Assembly (NCBI RefSeq): GCF_009914755.1
Contig: NC_060947.1
Length of the DNA stretch: 64,000 nt
Direction: 5' to 3' (one strand)
From: the human T2T-CHM13v2.0 reference genome, Homo sapiens
Of the stretch, positions 12,283 through 27,515 are shown one piece after another. The notes beneath the pieces are model-generated. The model was given only the letters and a program-made list of their open reading frames with translations. It did not search any database and was not told the DNA's origin. A program made the translations under genes and the position numbers. Position 1 is the stretch's first letter. Each line of letters starts with the position of its first letter.

Positions 12283-15024
12283 TAGTTCATTGGAAGTTCT
12301 TCCACCTTGACGTTAACTCAGTCTTTAATAGCTTTCTTGATTTCTGGCACAATAATAATGTCCTAAGCTCATCTTGTACATTTTCTGTCACATTCCTGAA
12401 TTCAGCCATTTCTCCAAGGAATCCTTGGAACCTTTTAATGGAAGATAGAATTTGGAGGCCACAATTTGGGAACTATGGCAAAATACATAGATTTTGAATG
12501 TTGGTTGGTTGGCGGTTTTTAGGCTTAAAACCTAAATCACCATAAGATCCTCAAAGTTTATAATCATAATCTTCTCATAATATATTGTTAAGACCTAATT
12601 AAAAAGACAGGCCTTTGGGTAGGAATTTACCAACTTCAAGTCCTAAAATGGCTGCCCCAAATTCCTGTAACTATTTATTTGTCTACCTGTGGTTGGAAGG
12701 GGTTAAAGCATTCTGTGGGAGCAAATTCACTGAAGGAGTAATTTGAGACAATTCACTACAATGTAAATACAAGATGACCCTGTCAATAGGGCTCAAATAT
12801 TCTTATATTATAAGGAGGACCACTTTTAACCACATATCAATGTTTGGTTTTCCAAACCAAAGGGATCTCCAATTTCCCTTTCAATGGTGTCACGCTTACT
12901 TTCCTTTCATATTTGCTCACTGGAAATTGGCAGAAAAAGACATGCTCCAGGATTAAATATGCTGTGAGTATACAAATTTTTTATTAAGCTAGACAACAGT
13001 GTGAATGCAAAGATTTTAAAGTGACAATTTTCGTATTAAACTAGCTAGACATCTCAATTTCATTACCTTGAATAAAGTTATGCTCCACTTTGCATAAATG
13101 TGTTTATTCTCATATTTGCATTTGGAAATGACCTTTCACTCAGTCCTGATGCCAGCTGCAGTGCAGAAATCAGTATACAACTTAGGAATTCTGTGACAAT
13201 ATTCAGGCAGATACTGTATATTGCCTCAGTCTGTCTACTTTCTCACTTTCAAGAAAGGAGAAAGGTCAAAGATTGCTACATTCTGTTATTTAAAATTCAA
13301 ATGAGGAACATTTTCTTGTTCTATGAACCCAATCATTATCCATGATTGGTTATGTCCTTTTCCTACTTGATTTTTTCTGTTTTTGTTTTTTTTTTTTAAT
13401 TTGTGCAGAATATTAGAATAAACAAAAAATGTATATGACAAGGTTTCCCAGTATTAGACTTTCTTTATCTACAACTATATTATGTCTATATCATGTCTAT
13501 ATCTATACCTAGCTAGCTGGACTAGTAAGAATTTCGTAAGCTTTACATTATCTTGCTTTTTCATTATTTACTAGCACTTATCAACCAACATCCTAGAATA
13601 TTAATATTTTCTTCTAAACCATTTATAGATATTATAGAAAATAACTATTTACAGTCATCTGAATGCTGACACATATATGTGCTTGATTTGAACTGAACTC
13701 ATAATATAAAAAATATTTGCCTAAATAAAGACTTGTATAATACACTCTCCATCCAATCCTCCATTGTAAACTTTGATCCCTGGCCTATGTCTCCTGTAAC
13801 TTAGCTAGGTTTTTATACTGATGATGACATGGACCAAGTAGTTTTGTAGGAAGAACAGAGCATATCTGTTTATTGCACAGCATGGTGTCAGAGGCCTTTA
13901 TAAATATTTTGGCTCTACATATATTCCAACCAAGTAAAATAAACTGTAGTTAAGGCTTTAAAAACAGCTCCATTGACTTAGCCTTCATACTGCATGGCAA
14001 TCCATTGTATATCACTGGGGCACACCATTCCCCTTGTCTTTGCATTTTATTTATGAATTTTACATGAAATCATTACCATTTTTGTATTCAGTTCTTCTGC
14101 AGTGGCGGAAGCAGGAATCTAAACAGGCTGTTACATCTCAAAGACATATTCATTAGGCCTGAATTATGAGTTCAGCACATCCTGAAAATAGGAACTGCTC
14201 AGAACCTCCTCACAGCTGTCGTTTTGCTTCTCTCTTACAACTGCCATCGCCCTGCACAAAATGACGACTCAATTCTACACCCACCAGATGTTTTTGCCCC
14301 CGTTTTATGGTGTCAGCCTTGAATACAGAAATCTTGGGTTTTATCAAAACCAAAATAGGCTGCTTTTAAGGAAGATGAAGGAAAGAAGAGACAAGGTTGT
14401 TGACATTAGTATAAAGGTGCTAGAAAAATCTGTCGACTGGCTTTAATCATTCTTCATAAGGTAGAAAAACATGAATATTTTATATTTTTTAAAATTAAGA
14501 GATCTGACTAATATTTTTAAAAGATGGTGGCTTATACCTATAAAACATTACTTGTTTTCATTCTGAATGGAAGGTGACAAATATCACTACTAATCTTTTT
14601 TTGAACTAATCAAATAAAATAATATTTATTATTAATTTTCTTATAATAGCAACATACTCATTATAGAGTCATACAATTTTATGAGAATCTTGTTATTCAA
14701 TAGAGATACCTCTTGGAAGATGCCAATTATATATCAATCTAGGTTGCATAAGCTTTACCAAATCTTTTATATGGAAAATGTGCTGAAGGAAAAAAGGGAA
14801 TAAAGGAGTTCAAGGTTCCATAAAAATAAGAAAATATGCAAAAATAGTAAGGAAATTAGAACTAAAATCTAGCCCTCATGTCTCCTTATTCATCCTTGTT
14901 CATTCATGTTAATATCACTAACACATATTCAGTTAGTGTTTATTATTTGTCAGACACTCTGGTAGATGTTGGAGATAATTATATTATGATATGATGAGAG
15001 CTAGGATAGAGGAATGAAAATGAG

Positions 15025-15225
15025 CCTTTGTCATGTGTCTGATGTATTCCAAGTGCTCTTTATGTATCCTATTTTATTTAACCCTTACAAAAATTTATAT
15101 GAACAATGAATTTATATCCTAAGGCTACTAATGAGGATATTAGCTTGAAGATGATTAGCTAATTTTTTCTATGTTGCAGAGCAAAAATATGGCAGAACAC
15201 ATTCTCTCCAGATCTGTCTGTTTCT
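15025..15225 (-). mobile_element. MIR (degenerate)
   Basis: AAGTGCTCTTTATGTAT..ATTTAACCCTTACAA...CCAGATCTGTCTG. Confidence 0.5.
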
Positions 15226-15464
15226 AGGAAATGATGCCATTCTATTTGAGCAATGTCATGAAGGATAAATAAGAGTTTTCCAGGTACATAACGAATGAAG
15301 GACATTCAAGATCCTGACTCATATAACTCATATAACTGAAAAAAGCATTGTTCTTTCTGGAAATTGCTAGGAGTTCAAGAAGCCTGGAGTCCAGAATGAA
15401 TGAAGGGGAATAGGGAGATAAGGCCCAAAGCTTTGGCTCACAACTTAGAAAGCATTTCAATAAA

Positions 15465-15968
15465 CATCAATTTTATTGGTGAAAAATCAGATTTAATAAA
15501 ATGCGTCAATTTTAAAGGTACAGTTGCATGACTTTTGACAGATGTAAACATTTGTGTAACCACAACAGTCAAAATATAGAACATTTTCTGTCATCTGAGA
15601 AAATTCCCTTGAGCATGCCTTGAACACCTCCATTCAATCCTCAGCCCCAGGCAACCAATGATCTGCTTTCTATCACTATATATACATTAGTTTTACGTTT
15701 CCTAGAATTTCATGGTATGTACTATTTTTTGCCTGATTTATTTTGGACAGCATAATGAATTTCAATCATATTGTATCAGTGGTTCACTATTTTTATTACT
15801 GAGTAGAATTTTGTTTTATGGATATACTACAAACTGTGCATTTAATCGTTGAGAGAAATTTGGGCTCTTTCCAGTTTCTGACCATTATAAATAAAGCTTC
15901 TATTAACATTTTCATACAAGTCGTTGGGTGGACATCATATGTTTACATTTCTCTTGGATAAATTCCTA
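15465..15968 (-). mobile_element. L1ME/MD-type 3' fragment
   Basis: TTTTATTG...GGTACAGTT..TTTTGACAGATG...CAGCCCCAGGCAACCAATGATCTGCTTTCTATCACTATA. Confidence 0.75.
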
Positions 15969-18240
15969 GTTTTGTTTGCATGGTACACATTTTTCATCTT
16001 TTTAAACAATCTATCTTTAAAGTGGGTTTCTTATAGAAAGCACATACATAGTTAGATCTTGCGTTTTTTAAAATCCAGTTTGCCAATCTGTGCCTTTTAA
16101 TTGGAATCGTCAGATCAGTTTTTAAAATTTAATTACAGATTCAGCTGGGTTTAAATCTGCCATCTTGCTGTTCGAATCCATTGGTCCCATCTGTTCTTCG
16201 TCCTTTTTGCCCACTTTTCCCATTTTCTTTTAGATAAATTGATTTTTTTTCCATTATATATTTCCTCTATTGGTTTACTAGCTATAATGTTTTGGCTTAT
16301 TTTCTCAGGGGTTCCTCTAGGGTATGTAATATGTATTTTAATTTATCAGTTCATCACAATTTACCTTCGAATAATATTATATGATCTTGCAAATAATGTA
16401 AGACCCTTATGAATAGTATACTTTGATTTCTCGTACTATGTGCTATTGCTGTCATACACTTTATTGTGTATATATTTAAAACCTGACAATAAATACATTA
16501 TTACCATTTTTCTCTAGGTATTCATTTTCTCATTTAAAAACATGAGAAAATACTTAACATTTACCCATATATGTACCATTTCCAATAGTCTTCATTTCTT
16601 TATGTACGTCCGAGTTCATCTGTTATTTTCCTTCTGCCTGTAGAACTTACTGTAACATTTCCTATAGTACAGGTCTGTCGGCAATAAAGTCTTTCAACTC
16701 TTGTCTGACAAAAATTGTTTATTTCACCTTCATTTCTGAAGGGTATTTTCATAGTGGATAGAATTCAAGATTGACATTTCTTCAGCATTTAAAAAATGTT
16801 CAATTTTCTTCCACTTTGCATAATTTCAGATGAGAAGTATATAATATTTTGTATCTTTGTTCCTTTGCATATAATGTATCTGTCTTCTCTAGCTGCTTTT
16901 TTACTTTCTCTTCACTAATGTTTTCATCAATTTGTGAAATGCCTTGGCGTGATTGTCTTTGTGCTTTTCACTGGGTTTGTTAAGCTTCTTGCAACTGTGG
17001 GTTTATAGTTTTCATCAACTGAAAAATTTTTGACCATCATTATTTTAGATATTATTTTTGACTCACCCTCCTCACCCACATTCTTTCCAGGACTATGATT
17101 ACATATGTTACATACTGATTGATACTGTGCTGCAGAGCACTGAAGCTAGGTTTATTTTTCACTATTTTTATTCATTTTTTGCTTCATTTTGAATGGTTTC
17201 TGTTGCCAGGGCTTCATGTTTACAGATTTAAAAAAATTCTATAGCATCTAATTTGCTGTCAGTTCTCTCCAGTGAAATTTGCAATTTAGATATTGCCTTT
17301 TCCATCTTCTGAAGTTCCATCTTATTCATTGTTATCTTTTATTTCTATTTTCATTGTGTTCATGCTTTCTTTCAAACTTTTGGGCATGTAATAACTGTTT
17401 TAAAATCCTTGTTAATTTCCTCATCTCTGTCATTTCTAGGTCTGCTTATTTTGACTTATTTTTTTCCTGCTTATGGATTATATTTTTCTGTTTCTGCATA
17501 TATCTACTAATTTTCTACGGAATTTCTGTCATTTTAAATTTGTTGTTAAATCAGACTTGTTCTGGCAGTCAGTTTAGGTATTTACAGATCAGCTTGCTCC
17601 TTTTCCAGGCTTGTTTTAAAGCTTTCCTTTGGGTAGGTCTACAGTAGTCTTTATTCTGGGATTGGTTTAGCCTCACTATGAAGACACTGTCCTTTGGGGT
17701 TTTTTCCAAATACTTCATGTATTTAACAAGGTTTCTCCTCTCAGGCCAGTGAATAACTGAGTAAGTCTCAACTTTGTGCTCCCTAGTAATTGTTTTTTGC
17801 CCACCAGTTCTGCTTTGCCTGGCCTCAGGGAGTTTCACCCTGTGCATTTGCAGATTGGTATTCATATAAATATTCAAGAAAACAAACAAAATATTTTCCA
17901 GAGGATGCTCTCTGTGTAGCTCACTCTGCTGTGGTACTCTGCCTCCAAAATTCTAGCCACCTTGGCCTCCTCAAATTTCATTTTTGTTTCCCCAATTCAG
18001 TGAGATTTTCAAGGATTGTTTGATTCCCTCTCCCTTTGCCATGGTTCAGAAATTTCCTCCCAGCAAAGAGCTGAGTCAGGCATAGATCTCATTTATTTTC
18101 CTTCCCTAAGGGATCACGGTCCCATGCTGCCAGCTGTCTAATGTCACAAAGCAGTTATTTCATAATTTTTGTTGTTTTCTGATTGTTTATAGTGAAAGGG
18201 TACTTCTTACAGCAGTTATTTCTTCTTAGGCAGCAAAAAT
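15969..18240 (-). mobile_element. Old L1M ORF1/5' region fragment
   Basis: TTTAAAGTGGGTTTCTTATAGA..., TTTCAGATGAGAAGT, CTAGCTGCTTTT and other antisense L1M ORF1-region motifs. Confidence 0.7.
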
Positions 18241-18489
18241 CCACATAGCGAATTTTTAAACAGAAGATCAATATATACATGAAAATCACAAACAACAAAG
18301 TTTTGTATGATAATAAATCAGTATAAATCATAAAAATTGTCTGAATTTCTGATCTTTAGAATGATGCAATAGTAAATCAGACCAACTTTCTAACCGAGGA
18401 CATTCTGACGATGATATTTTCTTACTGACAGCATTGGCCAGTGTGGAATAATTAGCTGTTAAATTGAGTGCAGTTTTGGTGGTCATACG

Positions 18490-19395
18490 AGAGAATCAAA
18501 ATATAAATCAATAGTTAATAGAATATGAGCAAAAGACTTAATAGGTACTTCAAGAAAGAGGAAATTCAAATAGCCATTAAGCATTTGAAAACCTGCTCTA
18601 TTTCATTGGTGACTAGTAAAAGGCAATTTAAAACTACAAAGAGATACTAGTATATACTCACTCAAATAACAAATAGTAAAATTTATAATGATATAAACTG
18701 TTGGCAAGGATGATGAGCAATGGGATGTAAAGTTTATTGGTGGAAGTATAATTTGCATATAACTGCTTTGGAAAAATTTATATTTAGTAATTGAAAATAT
18801 GCCTGATCTATGATCCAGTCAGCTCTCTCATATTTATGTACTTCCAGAATATCCTTCAGGGTATATGTACATAACTGTTTATAATAGCATTATTCATAAT
18901 GCCAAAACAATAATAATAGCCCTGAAAGCAACTCATGTCTATCAACAGGAAAATGAATATGAGTTCTATGGTATAGTCATACAGTGGAACACTATGCAAC
19001 CATAGAAATGTACAGATACATGTATTGCCATAAATAAATATTGAAAACACATTTAAAATAAGACCAAAAGGACTACATATAGTTTGATTTAACTTATGTA
19101 AAGGTATAAAAAAAGACAAAAACTAAACTGTATTCTATAGGGTTACATATATGGGTGGTAAAACTGTAAAAAAAATTATGACTACAATAAACAAATAGTT
19201 ACTTTCAGGAGAAAATGAAACAGTCTTATGAATGAGAATGGGCATATGGTAGATTTCTGGAATCCTACAAATGTTTTACTTCTTGACCTGGGTGGTGGCT
19301 ACAGATGTTCTATTTATAATTATTCATTAAATTATATATTATATATTGTGAAGTTTTCTATGCACATATTATTTTCACAATAAAAATGTTTTAAA
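18490..19395 (+). mobile_element. L1ME-type 3' fragment
   Basis: AAAAGACTTAATAGGTACTTCAAGAAAGAGG...TTTATAATAGCATTATTCATAATGCC...TTGACCTGGGTGGTGGCTACA...AATAAAAATG. Confidence 0.75.
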
Positions 19396-19419
19396 AATGG
19401 TGTTGGTATCTGTCTAGGC

Positions 19420-19746
19420 CATCTCTGTCCAATAAAAATATAACATAAGCCACAAATTTGAGCTACTTATCTAATTTTAGGTTTTCTAGTAGCCACTTAA
19501 CAGGGTAATAAAAATAGGTGAAATTAATTTTAATATATTTACTTTAACCCAATATATCTAAAATAGTACTATTTTAACATACAACCAACATAAAAGTACT
19601 GAGATATTTTACATTCTTTTTATCGCACTAAACCTTTGAAATCCAATGTGTATTTTGTACCTGTAGCACATCTCAATTTCTGGTAGCCCTATTTCAAGTG
19701 CTCAGTAGTCACATGTGGCTGATGGCTACTGTACTGAACAGTACAG
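19420..19746. mobile_element. MER33 (hAT-Charlie MITE)
   Basis: CTGTCCAATAAAAATATAAC..TTTTCTAGTAGCCAC..GTGAAATTAATTTTAAT..CACATGTGGCT; 8-bp TSD GTCTAGGC / ATCTAGGT. Confidence 0.88.
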
Positions 19747-20004
19747 ATCTAGGTATGAGTGGTAGTTAGCTATGTGTGCTACAGCAAAGACAAAGGCTTT
19801 AGAGAAGTCAAAAACCCAGTCTGTAACCTAGGCACGGTAGCCATGAGTTCAAAAACTGAGGTGGAACATGGTTTGGTGGAGAGATTAATTGATCCTAAAC
19901 TCTGGCAATCAACTGGGTGACTGCACCTAGGACTGAGGTTTAGGTAAAGAGTGATTAGCCTGAAGCTATAAAACAGAAGCCAGAAAGCAAAAGAGGGGTC
20001 ATAC

Positions 20005-20170
20005 ACCTAGACTCAAATCCAACTCTGTCATATAGGAAAGTTCACATATTTTTTCTTATGTGTAAAATGGGTTGACAATACCTACCTTATGGGATTATTA
20101 TAAGCATTCAGTGAGATATTGATTGTAAAATTAGTAGCACAAAACTTGAAAAATAATAAGCCTTTAATAA
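20005..20170 (+). mobile_element. MIR
   Basis: TGTAAAATGGG..ATACCTACCTTATGGGATTATTATAAG core. Confidence 0.6.
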
Positions 20171-20804
20171 ATTTATTTGCCAAAAAATTTGGAGTGCCTA
20201 CTCTATGCTAGATGCTGGCTTAGACAGTGAGGGGTACAGAAGTCAATGAACATTAGTTTTTTTTTTTTAATGACAAACAGTAAACAAGGTAATAGAATTT
20301 TAAGGCCAATCTCTACATTTTACTTCACTTTCTGGAGTTTTCCTATTTGAGCTGGTAGCTCTCTAGAATGAGGGCGTTTAAAGGCCTATCAAAAGAGATA
20401 ATTAGGAACAGCTTGCTGGAATTAAAAAGTGTGGAGACAAGCCTTTTCTTTCCTGATTGGATCTGAGCCTTCATTAAAGTAAATGTATAAGAGATAGTTG
20501 AGATTTTAGGGATAAAGTTATGTAAAAATATTTTAGTATCTTCTCATTAAGGAGGAAAATTACTAGTTTAACTGTATACCTGCCAAATGTTTATGAAAAT
20601 TCAGAGCACTTCATGCAAAAGTCAGTATCTGTGTTTTCTTCAGGAAATACTCATTTTTTTATGTTAACCTAACACTTCATCCTTCTGTTTTAGAGAACGT
20701 TATCATTATCTCTTCAAATGTTGTTTCTGTACCATTTCTGCTTTCTTTTTGAGTCTTTGAATAAACAGATATTAAATTCTCATTCTTTTTCCACTCTATT
20801 TAAC

Positions 20805-21610
<806 letters not shown>

Positions 21611-22359
21611 AATATGTGCTGATGTGTGAGTGTTGCATGGCCTTTATCTGACCTATGTTACAATTCATGAATTCTCCGTTATCCTGCAGTTAAACTCATC
21701 CATTTAGTATTGAGTTCTTAATGTGTGTGTTTGTGTGCATGTGTGTGTACGTGGGATGGACCAAAATAATTATAATTTACATAAAAGTGGAAGGAGCGAG
21801 GGAGAACTGAAACTCTGAAAGGCAGAAATCAGAGGATTAAAGTAATTTACTAACCATGACAGCCTAAAGCACAATCATGGAAAGGTTGTGATAAAATCCA
21901 AGAAGCCATGGATGTCTGACTGCTGAAGTGGTAACACAAATGGGCTACTGGAGAGGTCTGTGCAAGCCAGTACTACTGTGAGGTAGAATTGGGGCCAGCG
22001 TTGGTCAGCTGGGCCAGAAGCTGGGAAATACAAGCTGGAAGCTATGTTTGTTTGGCGCCGTGTAGATCTATTTAAAATCTTCTGAGAGTTCTGTCTGCTG
22101 CTTCTCTTCTACCTTCCAAATATCATCTTGTCTAATAATGTTCCCTTAATAGAAGAGATTTCGGGAAAAGTACTTAACCACCTTAGATGAATAGAAGTGA
22201 GGTGAAGTTGTATTTTTCTGGTTTAGACATTCTTTTAAATTTGTTTCATATATCCTCTGTCATTTTTTCACATCTGCTGTGTTTCCAGATGTCTGCTGAA
22301 GTTTATCGTTCTGTTTTATCTTTGCTAATCTGGCTGGACAAAAGTTTCTCACTATGTTC

Positions 22360-22760
22360 TTATTTGATTACAGGTTTGTTTGAACTTTTTCATATATTTT
22401 ATGCCTATTTATATTTCTTTTATGAATTGCTCATTTATTTGTCCATTCTTCTATTGAATTGTTTATTTTGAAATTTAATTTACAAGAATTATCTATATGA
22501 GAATTATTTTTCCCTTGGTCTATTGTATATATTGTAAATATTTTCCTAGATTATTATTTGCTTTTATTTTTATTTATGTGTTAATATTTTCCATAATAAT
22601 TTCTAAATTTTTAGACAAATCTGAATATTTTTCCAATATGACCTATTCTTTGGGATTCATTCTTAGAAGGGCCCATCCCCAATCCCCAAGATTACATAAA
22701 AATGCCCATGTTACTCCTTTAAAATACTTTTTACCATGTTTGTGATCATTTTAGAAGTGT
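22360..22760 (-). mobile_element. Ancient L1M fragment
   Basis: TTTATATTTCTTTTATGAATTGC..TTTGTCCATT..TTGTAAATATTTTCC. Confidence 0.55.
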
Positions 22761-23049
22761 TTCTTCTAAAGTTTCAACCTGAAGAGAGTTTCCTGTTATT
22801 TAATTGAATTAACAGACATTTATTAAATGTCTCCTAGATACCAGGTATTTTGATGAAGACATAAAAGTGAATACATTTCCTAACATTAAGAAATTCATAG
22901 TCTCTGGTGGGGGGCGGGGGGCGTCCAGATTTGTAAGCCATAACTATATGAAACATGATAAATCTGTACTAGAACTGTTATAGGAACACAGAATTTGGAG
23001 ACAATTTTGCTGGAGATCTGAAAGGGTTGGTCAGTCAATAGCATTTATT

Positions 23050-23270
23050 TTTAATTGATTAATTGGTTATTTGGGGGAAAAACTATATATTGTATAAACT
23101 AGGATAACATGATGTTTGGAAATATTTCTACATTGCAGAATGGCTAAATTGAACTAAATAACATATGCATAACCTCAAATATTTATCATTCTTTCGTAGT
23201 GAGGACACTTAAAATCTACTCAACAATGTTCAAGAAAGAATACAATATATTGTTATTAACTATGGTTACA
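23050..23270 (-). mobile_element. L1MA-type 3' terminal fragment
   Basis: AACATGATGTTTGGAAATAT..ATGGCTAAATTGAACTA..GTGAGGACACTTAAAATCTACTC. Confidence 0.75.
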
Positions 23271-24292
23271 CTAACACTTATTAACTAATGGCTTATGAAG
23301 AAATCTGTCGCAAAGGTATAAATTGCTCATGATAACACAAAATACAGAATCATAAAATAATCTTACCCAGAACGAAACTAAATAATTCACAGGATACAGA
23401 AAAGCGTTAGACACAATTAAAACATTCTATCCCTGGAGGATACCAACACAGTCAGTTCCAGCCTCCAAACATGCCCTTGTTTTTTCATTAGCCACTTTTT
23501 GGTGCTGGGTTAACAGATGTGGCTTAGGCAATGTATGTAGAAACACTACCAACAAAAAGAATCCATTTGGGTTTGTAATATTTTCATTTTTTAATTTCAT
23601 TAATTACATAGCTTATTTGGCTATCCTTCATCTCCAGGTAGCCATATTTCATAAATGCACAAATTCCAGGTTTGTTTACACTTTAAAAATCTGCTGGTAA
23701 ATACCATTAGAGTGTTTACAAGGCGGTCTGGACAAAGTCATTCACCCAGTAGGTAGGGAGTAAATTAAAGGCCTGCGGTTAAACCATTCCTTCCCAGGGC
23801 TTTTCCTCTTAGTTCTTTTAAATCATTTTTTCAGTGGCTTCTTCATTAACTGCTTATGATTGAGAGCTAGAAACATTGCAATATGTTTAATTTAATATAA
23901 GATTTTACATTTGAAAGGCTTTTTTTTTTCTAGAGGCAGCTTTGGTTGTTAATTTTTGAGTTGCCCAAATATTTTACCATTTTTGTTCAGTGTTTTTCTT
24001 TTTAAAAGCATGTTTTCTGAGAGCCCTATGCTAAGTGTTTTTCAAAAGTAACTTCAGTATAAAATTATAGATTCAATGCTTGCGACCTTTAAGATAATAT
24101 GTTATTAAAATAAAGTCTTGAGAAAATGAAAATAGGTGGCAATAATATTTACTTACTGTTATGTATGAATAGAACTGATTTTTCTTTTGAACACATCTAT
24201 TACAGGCAATAATACAGAAATTGGAAGCATGATAAGAACATTATCATTTTGCATTTATCTAACAGTTTTAAGAAATAAAACTCCAACTGGCT

Positions 24293-24754
24293 TGTATCGG
24301 TTATCTATTACTGTGTAACAAACCACCCCAAAACTTAGTGGTTCAAGACAACAACCATTAATTAGGTTCATGATTCTGTAGGTTGGCAATGTGGGCAAGA
24401 CTCAAGTGGGTACTTTCTTTTAGTCTTAGTTGAACCCACTCATGCATCTACATTCAGATGCAAGTTAGCAATCTTGCCTTGCTTCTGGGGCTGGCTGGCT
24501 GTCAGACATAGCATTAGGGGACAAATGGCCTATGTGACTCTCCTCATCCAGCAAACTAGCACAGGCTTTTTCACATGGCAGCAGTTTCCAAGAGAAGGAA
24601 GAGAGTCTCGGTCCATAAGAATTTTTCAAATCTCCCAAGGACCAAAGCAATTCATACGGCCCTGGCCAGAGTCAGCATGGGACGGGACTTCTGAAAGGTA
24701 TGAATATAGGGAAATGTGAACAAACTGTGGGCCATCATTGCAGTAATCTAAAAC
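24293..24754 (-). mobile_element. MLT1-family LTR
   Basis: TGTATCGGTTATCTATTACTGTGTAACAAACCACCCCAAAACTTAGTGG. Confidence 0.8.
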
Positions 24755-24858
24755 TAAAATTTTACTTTCGAGAATATTTCCTTTTCTGAGTTTTCTCTAG
24801 CCTCAAATTAGCATCTCATATATCTCATCTCATCACTCTCTCATCTCTTGCTTTTGCC

Positions 24859-24861
<3 letters not shown>

Positions 24862-24899
<38 letters not shown>
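24862..24899. repeat. (AC)n microsatellite, ~19 units
   Basis: Uninterrupted AC run. Confidence 0.97.
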
Positions 24900-24901
<2 letters not shown>

Positions 24902-26769
24902 ATACACTTTCCATCTCCTAACAGAAATCGTATATCCTTGATGGAGAACGTATAAGTCAATAGCATGCTTCAGAATGGAGACAATATTTTTTTATTTCTT
25001 GTCCTATCCTAGCTCTCTGAAACACTAGTAGGTGGGTATTGGCGACCATGCAACTAGATTGCTATCAAAAATAAAATTCTTAAATTTAGCTTTTTAAAGG
25101 GAACAAAAACTGACTGTGGACTAGCCATCAACAAAGAACTGCTGAACACAGCAGCTCGAGCAGTGAGACACTGCCGGAAAAGAGCAGCATACCAAATTGC
25201 CTTGCCAACCTTGCTTCAATAGCTGTTCAACAGGGTTCCCATGCAGCTTTCAAGTCTTAGTTTCTATTTGTGCTTTGCTTCAGTGTTAACTTCCAATTTA
25301 GGCTTTTAAAATGGAAACTCAATCTTAAAATCAGTTTGGATGCCAGAAAAGCATTTTTTGAAGAGGCAAGGAAACGAAGACATTATATTTATATAAAAAA
25401 TGGGCAGATGAGGAACTGTAATAAGAATTTCATGAGTGACTCTTATTCTAGGATGCTTTTTTCCCCCTACTACAGTCTATTCTTTTTTACTAGATAACAC
25501 ACAAGCTTTGATTTAAAAGTTTTATAAGTTACGCCTAAATGGATATTTAGAAGAGCACACATGATCAGCTCATTTGAAGATAAATTACCTACTTGATTTC
25601 TAGTTCAGTGTGTTTTCAATGCATATTTAGAATCAGACCTTCATTTGGCACCCTCTGAAGCCAGGCACCTTCATATTCAGGCTTGTGTGCACCCAAGTAT
25701 TAATCTAGAAGTTAAAATGGGATCTTAATATATTTTAGTGAAGGTAAGATATAACTCAGTGGAAACTGGTAGCCCAATCTCAACAGTATATACTTCTTTT
25801 AAAGACACTTAAAACAAAACAATAAATCTATGTGTGTCAAACAATATCTATAGATATTAATCTCTAACTTAAACTTTACCTTTTTCTTCACAAATACGCA
25901 GAATTAATATTATTTTTCCTGTTTTGTTGAAGAAGGATCTAAACATTAAAGGAGGTAAGCATTAGTTCTTAGCTCGTGAAAGTGGTGAGACTGGAATTTT
26001 AACTTGGGACTACCTCTTTGACTCTAAAATCCATATTCTTTTCATTGCTTATTCCTAGCTTCCTTTAAAAATCAACATAGGTATCTTGTATAAGATGTTC
26101 AGCAGCTGTTTATTAAATTGAATATTTGTATTTTCAGTATCCCAGCTGAGTTAATACTTTGACTACTTTCTACTAAGCATACTTCTTTAAGACTTTGTAA
26201 TTTCAAAATTTTAAAAAACACACAGAGCAGTTCCTCTTGAATGGTAACAAGATAACAAGAAGTTAAATTTCAGATTCATTGTGGACACATGTTTTTGTAA
26301 AATACAATAAAAATTAAACATTGGAAAAATTAACAGTGGTATAAAATGCAATCCAAGTTTTTTTAATGACTAGACTCAATAGACATAAAATTACTTCTCC
26401 AGTTTGCTAAGAAAAATTTGCAAGCACACTTACTTTCTATTTCTCCATCTATCTTCTTGAGGACTGGTATAGTTGGAGGACATATACTTGTCTGCTTATC
26501 CACAAAGCCACATTAAGCAGCTGTATCTTAGAAAATTATTGACTTCACATACTTCCTTAGTGCTCCCTTTGGTAATATTTATTCTAAAATTGGAATAATA
26601 TGGGGGAAAATAAAGCATTTCATATATAACAACAAAAAGAAATAACAAAAATATTTGTTCATTTTTCAAAAATTTACCCAGGAAAGAAACCAGAAATTAA
26701 TAGAACTGTTTAGTTATAGGTGGCGGGTGGGAACAGGGTTGTTAGGACAAACAGCCAAATTTGAAGCTA

Positions 26770-27030
26770 CAGTCAATAATTTTTAATGTTTGGTGATGTT
26801 GAATTTTTTGAATTTTCTAATTGTACTATAGTTATATAATTATATGTCCTGGCTCTTAGGAAATACACACTGAAGTATTTATGAATATAGAGGCCTGATG
26901 TCTGTAACATTCACCCAAATTGGTTAGGGGGGAAATGTTAGCAATTCATATATTTAGCTGAGGACTGTACAGGAGTTTTTTATCTTGTTTCATTCTTGCA
27001 ATCCTTCTCTGAGTTTGAAATTATTTTGAA
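26770..27030 (+). mobile_element. L1MC/ME-type 3'UTR fragment
   Basis: TCTTAGGAAATACACACTGAAGTATTTA..GATGTCTGTAAC..GAGTTTGAAATTATTT. Confidence 0.65.
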
Positions 27031-27515
27031 ATAGACAAAGGACACTTCGTTAACTTTTAAAGGATATATATGCAGAACTGACAAAAAGGAAGAGAAACAT
27101 TAGCACGTAGTTTTTTCATGGAATTCACCAACTTCCCATATTTACGACCGAATTTTGATATACTTTTAAACTTGAGACCTCGGGAAGAATTGTGCAGTGA
27201 AATTTTTTAGCCTGTATTTACTCTGGCTGAATTGTGAGCAATATTTAAAAAGCATTCACTAGATATTACATCTAATTAATCTCCTGCCAGACACTTAATC
27301 TGCTGTGAAATTCAGCTGCCATGAAGATAATTTGACAAAGTGGCTTAAATTGTTAATAGTAAAGCTATTTGAATATGAGGACCAAATTATAGATGCCTCC
27401 ATCATCTGTAGGTCAGTGCTGGCCTAGAAAGCAAAACGAATGCCCAAAAGTACCAGTTTTCTACTTATTTGGATGTAATTGTTATTTAAGGAGGTACTGG
27501 TAAGGCTTTCTGCCT

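Noticed and set aside
17279-18023. Hydrophobic 77-122 aa ORFs
   Set aside because: They lie in T-rich antisense L1 sequence; low-complexity F/L/C/I composition and no recognisable domain
21620-22190. Possible LTR fragment
   Set aside because: Composition is LTR-like, but I could not match a consensus or find termini and TSD
26220-26525. Possible Charlie-type MITE
   Set aside because: Only vague terminal similarity; family not assignable without a search
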